The notes beneath the pieces are model-generated. The model did not search any database, had not been told where the DNA came from, and saw nothing but the letters and a program-made list of their open reading frames with translations. DNA of 64,000 nucleotides. Source: an uncultured candidate division Zixibacteria bacterium (GTDB taxonomy: Bacteria; Zixibacteria; MSB-5A5; UBA10806; 4484-95). Every line of letters starts with the position of its first letter. The first letter of the stretch is position 1. Both the position numbers and the translations under genes were made by a program. The stretch is taken from the NCBI GenBank assembly GCA_963668625.2, contig CAXXKA010000001.1, positions 320,001 to 384,000 on the forward strand, given 5' to 3'. This document shows, piece after piece, positions 30,032 through 40,174 of the stretch.

Positions 30032-30760
30032 TTAACTCGTATCATTTCTTTTCCATCCGAAATTAATATCTACATTGTGGTTTGTTTTTGGGGAGCCCGT
30101 GCCGAATTTGACGAATGCTGGAGGATCAATTTTAAAAAAGATAGGCACCGATAATCCATCGATACCTTTTGCATGAATCAAAGAGAGATTTTGTTTGTTG
30201 TCAGTCGGTAAAGTTCCTTCATATAGCCAGGGCCCCCAACGAATTGAAAAATTATGTTCTTTCTGAAGATTTTCCTTATTTTTGAATATTTGTATATAGA
30301 CCTGTCCTGCAAATTCCGCTGGATGGAAACCTATCCATTCATTTAGAAACTGCCTTCCAATTAATTCCGAGATCTTCATTGAAATTCGTGATGTTTTCTT
30401 GTTCCATGCCAGGTAGAGTTTAGTTCTTAGCAAAGGGAAGACCGCAAACACTTGTTCTGGATCAGTCACCATTAATGGTAGAACAGTTAACTTATCATTG
30501 GATATCTCTTCTGAAAGGGCGGTTTCCAGCTCTGTCCTCGTCCAATTTTTCCTTAAGAAACTATCAGTCAGCAAAACTAAAACGAATTTACATTTTGAAA
30601 GACCATCGTTGATTTTCCTGATTATTGAATCTCCCCATCCAATCTCTATTTCATCAAGCCAATAAGAAATACCATAATCGTCAAATGAATTAACTAGTGG
30701 GTATACATATTTTTCTTTGTCATCACTAGAATGAGAGAGAAATATATCTTTTTCTTTCAT
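30032..30760 (-). CDS. TIR-domain protein with unknown C-terminal domain
   Basis: 'DIFLSHSSDDK', 'WLDEIEIGWGD', 'WTRTELE'; ATG 30760 preferred. Confidence 0.85.
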   Translation of the reverse strand: MKEKDIFLSHSSDDKEKYVYPLVNSFDDYGISYWLDEIEIGWGDSIIRKINDGLSKCKFVLVLLTDSFLRKNWTRTELETALSEEISNDKLTVLPLMVTDPEQVFAVFPLLRTKLYLAWNKKTSRISMKISELIGRQFLNEWIGFHPAEFAGQVYIQIFKNKENLQKEHNFSIRWGPWLYEGTLPTDNKQNLSLIHAKGIDGLSVPIFFKIDPPAFVKFGTGSPKTNHNVDINFGWKRNDTS

Positions 30761-30954
30761 ATTACTTTTCGATTCTATAACTAAATTATTTCTATTCCTC
30801 TTTAAATATATAATAATAAAGCAAAAATACAATGATTATATAAACGAGTACTGTCTGGCCTTTCGCTTATACTTCTTTTTATCAATCAGATATCTTTAAA
30901 GTAAAAACTGCTTCTAGTTTGATATATATATTTCTATTGCCATGTAAATAAAAA

Positions 30955-31039
30955 CGGAGAGGCAGGGATTCGAACCCTGGGTCCCCGAAGGGACAACGGT
31001 TTTCGAGACCGCCCCGTTCGACCGCTCCGGCACCTCTCC
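30955..31039 (-). tRNA. tRNA-Ser (CGA)
   Basis: GGAGAGG/CCTCTCC acceptor stem, anticodon loop CT-CGA-AA, long variable arm, GGTTCGAATCC T-arm; CCA not encoded. Confidence 0.97.
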
Positions 31040-31120
31040 GGGGTCAAATATATGATTTAATTTCCATTTGTGAAGTAATTTTTAAAGTTATTATCTAAAT
31101 AATGCCATTTTTCTTTTAAT

Positions 31121-31216
31121 TATACTTGCTCCGTAGCTGGCTGACATCCCGAGGCTGTCCCAAAAGACACATGGCTGGGGCGCCACCTTGGCAAGCGAGT
31201 ATGTGCCCCAACTACC
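31121..31216. ncRNA. Candidate structured non-coding RNA (unassigned)
   Basis: GC-rich island in AT-rich gap with several overlapping helices. Confidence 0.35.
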
Positions 31217-31259
31217 TATGATCATTTTCTTTGTTGTGAATTTATTTTTAAATATAACT

Positions 31260-31295
31260 AAAAAAGCCGGCAACCTGGAGGCATACCGGCTTTTT
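31260..31295. terminator. Bidirectional intrinsic terminator
   Basis: aaaaagccgg...ccggcttttt. Confidence 0.7.
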
Positions 31296-31436
31296 AAAAT
31301 CACATTGGAAGTGCCGATCTGCCTGTCTTCAACTCTTTCTCCGGATAAACCATCCTGATCATCGCCGGCACATGATTATATCAGCCGGGTCATGTAAGCC
31401 GCTTTATGATAGGTAATAATATGATGCAGGGAGGTG

Positions 31437-31898
31437 TTAATTATGATATTGATCAAGTTTGAGCTTATTGAAATCCCTGGGCCGCAGGCGAAGAATCATA
31501 AATCCCGAGAGGCTGGCAATAGCGAATGCTACCATTGCGTTCATATTACCCTCGAGCAATACCGCCACCAGACCATAGAATGGCAGAGCCGAACAAATAC
31601 CGGCAGTTACTATCGTTGCTTTAATAGAGTGTTGCCAGAGAGCTTTTTTATCAATGGTAACGCTATCATCAAACAACGGCGAGAGCATCTTGTTTTTAAT
31701 TATAGCGCCGATCACCAGATCAACGATACCGACAACCGCCAGTATGACAGTAAGCAGCCCGATTTGTTCTATCCCGGTAACATCATCTGCCCGTGTATAA
31801 GCAATTGCCAGGCTGATAATATTAGCGCAGAATACTATCCCCGTGCCGACTATAGTCGCTTTGCCGATCGTGTTTATTAAATCACTTTTAAATATCAT
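31437..31898 (-). CDS. Hypothetical four-TM membrane protein downstream of tadA
   Basis: Hydrophobic helices; overlaps the tadA stop. Confidence 0.7.
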   Translation of the reverse strand: MIFKSDLINTIGKATIVGTGIVFCANIISLAIAYTRADDVTGIEQIGLLTVILAVVGIVDLVIGAIIKNKMLSPLFDDSVTIDKKALWQHSIKATIVTAGICSALPFYGLVAVLLEGNMNAMVAFAIASLSGFMILRLRPRDFNKLKLDQYHN

Positions 31899-32356
31899 TT
31901 AGCCCTGATCGTTCGGAAAAACGATTTCATCAGCTCGGAGACTCGATCCTCTAAAATGCCGGGGACGACCTCGAGCTGATGGTTTAATCTGATATCCTGA
32001 GGAATATTATACAATGACATAGTGGCTCCGAATTTGGGATCCTTAGCGCCGAAAACCAGTTTGTCCATACGGGCCAGCACCAAAGCTCCGGCACACATCG
32101 GACATGGCTCCAGTGTGCAGTAGATGGTGCAACCCTCCAGACGCCAGCTTTCCAGATGGTTGGCGGCAGCGCTGATAGCGAGTATCTCGGCGTGAGCAGT
32201 GGGATCATTCAACGATTCGGTGCGGTTATGGCCTTTGCCAATAACCATCCCCTCATGGACGATGACACTGCCGACCGGCACCTCGCCCTCAACGGCGGCG
32301 CGCTCGGCCTCTTTGAGCGCCAACTCCATGAAATATTTATCCTTATCGACTATCAT
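31895..32356 (-). CDS. tadA: tRNA adenosine(34) deaminase
   Basis: 'GEVPVG', 'DPTAHAE', 'TLEPCPMCAGA'; ATG 32356 preferred. Confidence 0.96.
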   Translation of the reverse strand: MIVDKDKYFMELALKEAERAAVEGEVPVGSVIVHEGMVIGKGHNRTESLNDPTAHAEILAISAAANHLESWRLEGCTIYCTLEPCPMCAGALVLARMDKLVFGAKDPKFGATMSLYNIPQDIRLNHQLEVVPGILEDRVSELMKSFFRTIRAK

Positions 32357-32746
32357 CTCACCCGCTGGTTTGTTTAGGAGTAATGCCCCGAAAAAGCAAA
32401 CTCTTTTTTCCATTTAATGACAAATCAATCGCATATTATCATGATAAGCTGACTGAAAAGAAGCTATATTGTATGCTATTGGACTGTTATAAATAGGACA
32501 AAATGTTAACCTATAATCTGTTGCAGCTCGTTATTAAACCAAAGATTTAACCGAATATATAAATAGCATCAAGAATGTCGAGAGAAGTTCCACAAGCTCG
32601 CATCGGTTGTTTTTGCAGCAGTAACTTTGACAATATAGAAGTAGTATGGAGTCATGATCGAGTCAGTAAATTCAATAGAGAATGTGAGTGAAATATTTTT
32701 AATATGTTACCGGTTTGGTATTCCATCGTTTTAAAGGAGTTGGGGG

Positions 32747-34129
32747 ATGGTACATTCAATTGTTACGTTAATAAGCAATAAATGCATTGCCGTGCTTTAT
32801 CTGCTTACTATCAGTTTAATCTTTGCCGGTTGCTCTGATATTTTTGCCGATGACTACCTCATTACCGATCTGGGCACGCTAGGAGGCAACTGGAGCCGTG
32901 CCTCGAGACTGAACGCTCTCGGAGAGGTCGTTGGCGTGTCTATCAATCAGGAAAGCATGCAACGGGGATTCTATTGGGATAGTTTCGAGCTTCATGATTT
33001 GGGCGTTCCTGACGGTTACATAGTCAGCGGCGCAATAGGGATTAATGATTTAAGTCAGATCGCAGGCTATGCAAATACCAATTACCAGAGTCAGGATGCT
33101 TTTGTCTGGGAGGAAGGCAACTGGATTGATATCAGTCCCGAGGTGTATCCTCACGACGGTATGGCTACTGATATCAACAATTCCTTTCAGGTGGTGGGCT
33201 ATAGCTTTATCCTTGGCCAGAATAGCCGCTTTGAAGCCTGGTTCTGGAAAGACAGCTTATCTACTAATCTCGGCTCGCTTGGTGGCAATAAAACGTATGC
33301 CTCGGCAATTAACATGCTCGAGCAGGTAGTTGGCTGGTCGCAAACCGAAGATACCGCGCAGTTCATTCGTCATGCATTCATCTGGGAGGATGATATGATA
33401 TCCGATCTGGGCGTGCTGGCAGGAGAGACAAGCAGTGTTGCCTATGATATAAATGACAATCAACAGGTTTGTGGAGAATCCTCGCATAAGCAGGATGTTT
33501 CCCCTTATCTCAACGTATCCCGGCCATGTATGTGGCAGGAGGATGAGATAATCGACCTGGGTTTATTGCCCGGATATAGCGGGGGATCGGCCACGGCTAT
33601 CAACAATCAGGGGCAGATAGTCGGTTGGCTATCAATCAATCTCTCCGGCAGCCCTGAAATTGCTTTTATTTATGATGATGGCGTGATGTACGATTTAAAC
33701 CTGCTCATACCTGAAAACTCAGGCTGGGTGTTGCAAACCGCCACGGATATCAACGATTTCGGCCAAATAACCGGCAATGGTATCGCCCCCAATGGCGAAA
33801 CTCATGCCTACTTGCTCGAATCGCAACAGGTCGGTATGACCGAGAACGGTGAGGCGGTAATCCCAACGGACTATAAGCTGATATCGAATTATCCAAATCC
33901 ATTCAATGCCGGTACGGTGATCAGCTACAAACTGACTGACCCATCCCGGGTGACGATTATCGTATACGATATCCTCGGCCGCGAGATTCAGACACTGGTA
34001 TCGGGTTATCATGAGGCGGGGCAGCATCAGGTTAGCTGGCGTGCGGATGGTATATCCTCGGGAGTGTACTTTTATCGGATGATTCCCGGCAGCAACAGCC
34101 AAACCGGGATGATGACTTTATTGAAATAG
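32747..34129 (+). CDS. Secreted HAF-repeat beta-propeller protein with T9SS-like C-terminal tail
   Basis: Repeated 'DLGTLGG..S.A..IN..GQVVG...HAF.W'; tail 'NYPNPFN...SGVYFY...LLK'. Confidence 0.88.
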   Translation: MVHSIVTLISNKCIAVLYLLTISLIFAGCSDIFADDYLITDLGTLGGNWSRASRLNALGEVVGVSINQESMQRGFYWDSFELHDLGVPDGYIVSGAIGINDLSQIAGYANTNYQSQDAFVWEEGNWIDISPEVYPHDGMATDINNSFQVVGYSFILGQNSRFEAWFWKDSLSTNLGSLGGNKTYASAINMLEQVVGWSQTEDTAQFIRHAFIWEDDMISDLGVLAGETSSVAYDINDNQQVCGESSHKQDVSPYLNVSRPCMWQEDEIIDLGLLPGYSGGSATAINNQGQIVGWLSINLSGSPEIAFIYDDGVMYDLNLLIPENSGWVLQTATDINDFGQITGNGIAPNGETHAYLLESQQVGMTENGEAVIPTDYKLISNYPNPFNAGTVISYKLTDPSRVTIIVYDILGREIQTLVSGYHEAGQHQVSWRADGISSGVYFYRMIPGSNSQTGMMTLLK

Positions 34130-34215
34130 AGATCATAAACGCTATTATAAGGAATTTAAAGCAAAAAGTTGTATAAGCTTATTGTACATCAGTCTAGTAT
34201 GTAAGATATTACAGT

Positions 34216-34956
34216 TTAACCAAATTCCGGCAGTCTCTTGCAAGTCCCTGCCAGGCAGAATGGATCCTCGATCTTCATCGGCTCGCCGATCGCATAGCCC
34301 TGACCATATTTTACGCCAACCATTCCACCGAACGATCGCGCCATCGACTCCAGCGACCAGATATAATCTTTATCCTTGTTGGGATTGAGAAATTGCGATT
34401 TATGAGCTTTCAACGCCTCCATCCAGCGGCCGAACTGGTCGGTGATATCGACTACGAAAGTGGGCGAGACCTCAGGCGGCAGGAAATAATGATATAGCGC
34501 GCCGATCTTATACGGCTCCTCCTCGATTGCCAGTTTCTTGAATGAAGCATAATAAGCGGCGTTCATCACTATTTTGCCGGTTGCCAGATGGTCGGGGTGG
34601 CTTTGACGTTTCCCATGACCACCTTGCCAATAGGGAGCGAAAACGATTTTAGGCTTATGGCGTCGCAATAGTTGAGCGATAGCAACACGACTATCGAAAT
34701 TATCAACCACCCGGCAATCGCCGAAATCCAGCGTTGCCAGTATCTGCGCACCCAGTATATCGGCCGCGGCTTTCGCCTCCAGTTCGCGGATTTCCGGCGT
34801 ACCTCCGGTTCCCATCTCACCCCGGGTCACATAAACGATACCGGTTCGGTAGCCACGTTCTTTCATTTTGATTAATAGGCCGCCGCAACCGACCTCAACA
34901 TCATCGGGATGTGCCCCGATAGCCATCATATCCACCGTTAAATCGTTATCATCCAT
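34216..34956 (-). CDS. bshB1: PIG-L family deacetylase, BshB1-like
   Basis: 'GAHPDDVE', 'TRGEMGT', 'HPDH', 'VVDIT', 'AHKSQF'. Confidence 0.8.
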   Translation of the reverse strand: MDDNDLTVDMMAIGAHPDDVEVGCGGLLIKMKERGYRTGIVYVTRGEMGTGGTPEIRELEAKAAADILGAQILATLDFGDCRVVDNFDSRVAIAQLLRRHKPKIVFAPYWQGGHGKRQSHPDHLATGKIVMNAAYYASFKKLAIEEEPYKIGALYHYFLPPEVSPTFVVDITDQFGRWMEALKAHKSQFLNPNKDKDYIWSLESMARSFGGMVGVKYGQGYAIGEPMKIEDPFCLAGTCKRLPEFG

Positions 34957-35306
34957 GTCTATTAATCCTTAAATATTTTTGCGCCAGGTTCTCTAAGATA
35001 GCTCTTATTCTGATGACTTAGCTACCGCACACTATAATAGAATATAAACCGAGATATTGCAAGAATGGTTGATATAATTATTGATTATCAGATGAGCGCT
35101 CTAATATTTTAATATCTTACTTTTGGATGATAGTAGAAACATTTTACTTATTTGGAAAGTTAGTTATATTTAGTTAATACGATTTGGTCATTATCAAAAA
35201 GAACATCAGATGATATCGCCCGGATAATTGCTTGACCGAGCGCTATCGAATAGTTTTACGGCATGATGATAAGGGGAAGTGGAAATTTGATTTCCGGAGG
35301 AAAAGT

Positions 35307-36668
35307 ATGAATGGTTCCGTCAAACTTATTAGTAAATTATTGCTGGTTTTTTTCGTGTGGATTATATTTCTGAGCACGGATATCTCCGCCCAGAATTATA
35401 ACCTTCTCGACCTCGGCACGATCGGTGGAGATATGAGTACCGGTGCTGATGTGAACGAGTTGGGCCTGGCGGTAGGATCAGCCACGACATACGGGGGAGC
35501 GCTTCACGCATTCGTATGGGTACTTGGATTCTCCGTAGATATGGGCGCGCCTTTCCCGTATACCGTAAGCGAGGCCACCGGTATCAATTATCAGGGAACT
35601 GTAATAGCCTATGCCGAGGGCCAGAATCAGAGCCAGTATGCTTATCTTAATGATGACGACAACTGGACGTACCTGGGAACGTTGCCGGAGCTTGACTACA
35701 GCGTGCCTACCGGTATCAATAATTACGATCAGATATGTGGTTATTCGTTCATGCTCGGCCCTGATGGCGGTTCGATGGCCTGGTTATGGCAGTCTGATGT
35801 AATGACTCCGCTGGGTACCCTGGGCGGTTCGAGAAGCAAGGCTAACGCTATTAACCAGGCCGGTGAGATTGTCGGTTACTCCGAGATAGATTTACCCGAC
35901 AGCTCGATTAATCACGCCTGCGAGTGGTTTGGCGATAGCGTCATCGATCTGGGCGTGCTCGAGGGCGAAAGTCAAAGCTCCGCCAATGATATAAGCGATA
36001 ACGGACAGATCGCCGGCTCGTCATACCATCAGCAAACAACCTATCCGTTTTTGACAGTCGCGAAACCTTGCCTGTGGCGTGATGATCAGATTATCGAGTT
36101 GGAACTGGTGGATGGCTATATCACCGGCACGGCAAGCGGTGTGAACAATAACGGCCAGGTGGTTGGAAATATGAGCATGACACTGGCGGGGGGAGACTCG
36201 CACGCTTTTCTATGGCAAAATGATATGATGTATGATCTTAACGATAGAATTCCTAATTCTCCGGACTGGGAAATAATCAGCGCCTCGAATATTCTCAATA
36301 CCGGTATAATAGTCGGCACCGGTATCAATCCAAACGGGCAATGGCGGGGTATCCTGTTGGCGCCTTCTCAAACGGATGCTCCGGAGTATAGCGAGTTGAA
36401 ACCGTCATCATATTTGATCGCGGAAAACTACCCCAATCCGTTTAACAATCGTACTGTAATAAATTATTCAATACCGGATGATGCCAGGGTGAGTATTGAT
36501 ATTTACGATATTCTTGGCCGCAAAGTAGAATCGCTGGTCGAGGGTTACATGGCCGCCGGGGAACATGAGGTAAGCTGGAACGCTGGAAACTACAACAGCG
36601 GCGTTTATTTTTACAATATTACCGCAGGTACTAGCAGTAGCATGGGTATGATGACTTTGATGAAATAA
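35307..36668 (+). CDS. Secreted HAF-repeat protein with T9SS-like tail (paralog of 32747)
   Basis: Same repeat and tail; ATG 35307 after GGAGG gives a signal peptide. Confidence 0.88.
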   Translation: MNGSVKLISKLLLVFFVWIIFLSTDISAQNYNLLDLGTIGGDMSTGADVNELGLAVGSATTYGGALHAFVWVLGFSVDMGAPFPYTVSEATGINYQGTVIAYAEGQNQSQYAYLNDDDNWTYLGTLPELDYSVPTGINNYDQICGYSFMLGPDGGSMAWLWQSDVMTPLGTLGGSRSKANAINQAGEIVGYSEIDLPDSSINHACEWFGDSVIDLGVLEGESQSSANDISDNGQIAGSSYHQQTTYPFLTVAKPCLWRDDQIIELELVDGYITGTASGVNNNGQVVGNMSMTLAGGDSHAFLWQNDMMYDLNDRIPNSPDWEIISASNILNTGIIVGTGINPNGQWRGILLAPSQTDAPEYSELKPSSYLIAENYPNPFNNRTVINYSIPDDARVSIDIYDILGRKVESLVEGYMAAGEHEVSWNAGNYNSGVYFYNITAGTSSSMGMMTLMK

Positions 36669-36682
36669 GCTTCATGAGACGA

Positions 36683-38176
36683 TCAGGGCGATACATTAAC
36701 CCGGATGCTGTCGCTTTGATGATTGTCTACCTTGAATACGAGGAAGGTTTCATCCTCGAAAAGAACCCCATATTTCTGCTTTGATTCCTCTAAGAAACTC
36801 TCGTATTTGCCCTCGGGCCAGTCCTTAACGCGAGGATCAGGTAGATAGATTGCCATGTAATCGTAATCAGATTCCAGGTCTTTTAATAACCATAACCGTC
36901 CCGCAGTTTTAACGTGCCCCAGGAGATGAGGTTGGATTTTATTGGTCGAGATGACCTTGCTCGATTCGGGGAAAAGCGGTAGTACGTTATTAACGAAACT
37001 CCTGTATTCGCAACTGTCGAATCTTACGATATTACGAGTATAGGCCGCTGATACTGCGCAGAGATTGTATATGACCATTAAAACAGCAACTGTTATTATA
37101 GTCTTTCTAAGCTTATGCCTTCCGCTTTGCTCATAACTTTCAAGCTTTTTTCTTAACCTGATAAACCCATGCACCGAGGCGAAGAATAAAAAAGGTAGGG
37201 ATGGCGCGGCATAGTGAGCGTTAAACATGTATTGATGGTAATGAGACGATACCATCTGGTAGAACAACGGCGCGGCTGCAGTAAGAAGCTTAAGAGGCGC
37301 GAGAACGGGTAACAGAATAAACGAGCCTAACACCAGAAACAGGCGTACTAATTTCTCGGGAGGTGTTACGAGGTTTTTGATAACTATATCCGGCCGGGTG
37401 AGAATATTTTTTACCACATCGCCGGTTGTTTCTCCCAGGCCCTCATAGTAATTGATATGCACATAATCATTTCCCGGATCACGCGGCATCAGGTAATTGA
37501 TAATAACTAAGAATCCGGCTACTCCAATCAAAAACATGAGCACACCACTGGTGCGTTTACCTTTTCTGAATATCACCACCCAGAAACCGAAAGCGGCGAG
37601 TGTCACCGGGAAATCCTCTTTTATCGTTATGATAACCAGCGATGTAATAGCAATAATCAGCAGGCTTTTATAACTCTGAGTTTTTTCAACCAGTAGCAGT
37701 AACAGCATCAAAAGAGGCACGCCCAGCGTATCGATACGGTAGTCGGTTAAATTTATTCCCATCAAATAGTAACTGACAGTATAGATAAATGTTACCAGTA
37801 ACGCCTGTCTTTCATCTTTTAAAATCGTTCGGGCCAGAAAGAACGCTATGATGACCGAAAGATACAAGCAGATATTCTGAAAAATGAACAGCACGCTGGA
37901 ATCATCCCACAAGTAAAATAAGACGCCCGGTATAGCCAGTGCCACAGCGAAATGATCCGAGAGATGATTAATATCCATTACCTCGTTATAGAAATTACCG
38001 TGAAATACGATGTTCCTGGCTACTCCGGCTTGAATTCCAGTATCATAAGCGTTGGTTCTAAATTGGTAGTGACGGGCCAGGTCGGCCAGCGTGGCGAAAA
38101 TAAAACAAACCGTGAGTAATATAAAAAGCATCTTTTTTAATCGAGCCGTGTCGTTTAGCCAATCGAATTTGATCAA
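36683..38176 (-). CDS. DUF2079-like membrane protein (putative GT-C glycosyltransferase)
   Basis: 'AYDTGI', 'HLSDHF', 'IKED', 'HYAAP'; many TM helices; TTG after GGAGG. Confidence 0.8.
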   Translation of the reverse strand: MIKFDWLNDTARLKKMLFILLTVCFIFATLADLARHYQFRTNAYDTGIQAGVARNIVFHGNFYNEVMDINHLSDHFAVALAIPGVLFYLWDDSSVLFIFQNICLYLSVIIAFFLARTILKDERQALLVTFIYTVSYYLMGINLTDYRIDTLGVPLLMLLLLLVEKTQSYKSLLIIAITSLVIITIKEDFPVTLAAFGFWVVIFRKGKRTSGVLMFLIGVAGFLVIINYLMPRDPGNDYVHINYYEGLGETTGDVVKNILTRPDIVIKNLVTPPEKLVRLFLVLGSFILLPVLAPLKLLTAAAPLFYQMVSSHYHQYMFNAHYAAPSLPFLFFASVHGFIRLRKKLESYEQSGRHKLRKTIITVAVLMVIYNLCAVSAAYTRNIVRFDSCEYRSFVNNVLPLFPESSKVISTNKIQPHLLGHVKTAGRLWLLKDLESDYDYMAIYLPDPRVKDWPEGKYESFLEESKQKYGVLFEDETFLVFKVDNHQSDSIRVNVSP

Positions 38177-38542
38177 TTATCCTCCATAAATCATTGAAGG
38201 TTCAGTTGTTCACAGTAGCGCAATACCAAACATCCGAAATAGCAGTGGCTATTATATGTAGAAAGATAACGATCTGCAAGCTCTTTTAATTAGATAGTAA
38301 ATCCCATAATACACATTAGATATGACTGAATCAGCTATCAAACGCTGGTAATATAAAGCCTGTCGAATTGATCCGATTGTGATATTATTTGCGAAATCAC
38401 TGGTGACTATAAATTGTTGTTTTTCGAGGAGTAATTCTTTGTGATGATGATCCGTATGCTTTACTCTAAAATCGTAAAACTTCAGGACTTTTTTTGATGT
38501 TTAGACCATCCTGCTAATAGCGTATATACGTTTTCATACGAG

Positions 38543-39046
38543 TCAAGACAGATTATCCGTGTTTACGATTCGGTTTTTTTTACCTGCCAGAAATCTGATT
38601 TTAAACTCCTCCAGACAACTGCTACGTACTGCTACATATAGGCGTGAGATATCCGAATCGAGCAGTTGTTTCAGGCAATAGTAATAACCATTTCCGTTTA
38701 ATTCATACGGCCCGACCTCATCCAAGAATACTACCCCTCTTTGCTCGTAATTCAGAAGCGCCCGGCAGGCGAAATCGAATCCTTTCTGCGAGAAAATATA
38801 CTTACCGACAGGGAAACTTTCGGGTATATCCCAATTAATACGGGCTAATGGCTTTGTTTTGCCTGAGGATAAATCAATTATTTCGAAACCTGTTTTATTG
38901 CCGTTGTCGAAAATTCCACGGGCGATTATACCGGTAGGGGAGATACCGTTTTGACGTTCACTCTCCACCAGCATTTCAAAAAGTGATGATTTACCGGAGT
39001 TGATTTCACCGGTGACTACTATTACCTCTAATCCGAATTCGGCCAT
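38543..39046 (-). CDS. Small P-loop NTPase (THEP1/DUF2478-like)
   Basis: 'TGEINSGKS', 'TGFEIIDL', 'LDEVGPYE', 'VAVR'. Confidence 0.85.
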   Translation of the reverse strand: MAEFGLEVIVVTGEINSGKSSLFEMLVESERQNGISPTGIIARGIFDNGNKTGFEIIDLSSGKTKPLARINWDIPESFPVGKYIFSQKGFDFACRALLNYEQRGVVFLDEVGPYELNGNGYYYCLKQLLDSDISRLYVAVRSSCLEEFKIRFLAGKKNRIVNTDNLS

Positions 39047-39067
39047 TTACTTATCTGGGTGAATCGA

Positions 39068-39766
39068 TTAAATGCCGTTCGAGACAGCGATAGCACATGC
39101 CAGCCAGCAGATAGCGGTGGTTGCGATCGAGCCGATATAATACAAGCTCGGCCTGGCCTCGAACAGGGCCATATTTCTATTCGCTATTTTTAATCCGAGA
39201 TACCATCCAACCGGGAACAATACCGCTGCCGCAATTGTCCAGACCAACGCCTCTTTATAGAGGTATGAGCCAAATCCCGCGGCTGAATTAAACGACAGCA
39301 GATAGTTACACGGAGCCACATGCATGCCGGCAAAATAGAATGCAATCGAGCTTACCGCCGCCGCGCCGCCGCCGATCATAATTCGGCTTTTGACACTTTT
39401 CTGCATCGAGCCCATCGCCACCGCGGCTATACCGCCCAGCGCGCCGTATTCGAGCATCACGGCCAGGCTGGAGTTGGCCATGCACATTGCGGGCAAGTGA
39501 AGCATCACCACCGCCAGGTTTTTGCTCATGATAGCTATCAGCGCGATAAATATCGCTATAACCGGTTTTCTGAATATTGCTATACCCAGGCCGATTACCG
39601 CGAATCCCAGTCCGACCAGAAGACCCGATCTAAAAGCGAAATCGGTTTGCTTTAGCAGGCCGCCTATAACGACCTCGATTAAACCGCAGATTGAACCAAG
39701 CGCAATAATAGCCAGGATTAAATTAGCTTTGCTCGTTCTGGTGACTTTTGTTTGGTTGTTGCTCAT
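39068..39766 (-). CDS. Multi-pass membrane protein, possible ECF S-component-like
   Basis: Six to seven TM helices; co-oriented with the NTPase. Confidence 0.65.
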   Translation of the reverse strand: MSNNQTKVTRTSKANLILAIIALGSICGLIEVVIGGLLKQTDFAFRSGLLVGLGFAVIGLGIAIFRKPVIAIFIALIAIMSKNLAVVMLHLPAMCMANSSLAVMLEYGALGGIAAVAMGSMQKSVKSRIMIGGGAAAVSSIAFYFAGMHVAPCNYLLSFNSAAGFGSYLYKEALVWTIAAAVLFPVGWYLGLKIANRNMALFEARPSLYYIGSIATTAICWLACAIAVSNGI

Positions 39767-39952
39767 ATTGTTTCTTTCTTGCTAAATACTTTCTCTAAAC
39801 GATAAATCAATACCGGATACAACTCAGCCGGCCGGAATCCATGGATTTCAACTCTAAAAATTTAATATGAAGGCTTAAATGTCAAGGGATTTTGAGTATC
39901 GAGCAGGAGAGAGACAGAGCCACGATTAAGTTAATTATTGATACAAAGCTGA

Positions 39953-40159
39953 ATTAATAAACCGCCCGGAGAGTGAGTCCGGACGGTTTGATGCAGCAAA
40001 TCTGCCGCCCACGAGTTGGTAGAGAGTGACTGCCGGATAATCTATTCTGTCATTCCCATGAAAGTGAGAACCTGCTAATCAAACCTGTGAAATCATTCCT
40101 CCTGGTTCCAAAGCGCTGCTTTAGAACCAGGCCCGCGCTGGCAGAGATGTATTATTCCG
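39953..40159. repeat. Direct repeat unit, left of TA pair (three hairpins + REP)
   Basis: 39953-40048 matches 41179-41279; 40102-40159 matches 41284-41341. Confidence 0.88.
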
Positions 40160-40174
40160 TTGCTTGCGGCAATG

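Noticed and set aside
29850-30954. Integrative element at tRNA-Ser
   Set aside because: No integrase and no duplicated tRNA 3' end seen beyond the TIR gene
31121-31216. SRP RNA, c-di-AMP or THF riboswitch, or HDV-like ribozyme assignment
   Set aside because: Only short partial resemblances; the defining conserved cores are missing
31091-31303. 70 aa ORF beside the tRNA
   Set aside because: Runs through a terminator hairpin and AT-rich spacer; better explained as non-coding
31310-31372. Minus-strand gatga-stem-gaaa resembling a hammerhead
   Set aside because: Core reads GCGAUGA rather than CUGAUGA, and no stem III or cleavage triplet forms
39770-39900. TPP or cobalamin riboswitch upstream of the membrane protein
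   Set aside because: Only a 'gctgag' word matches; the other conserved blocks are absent
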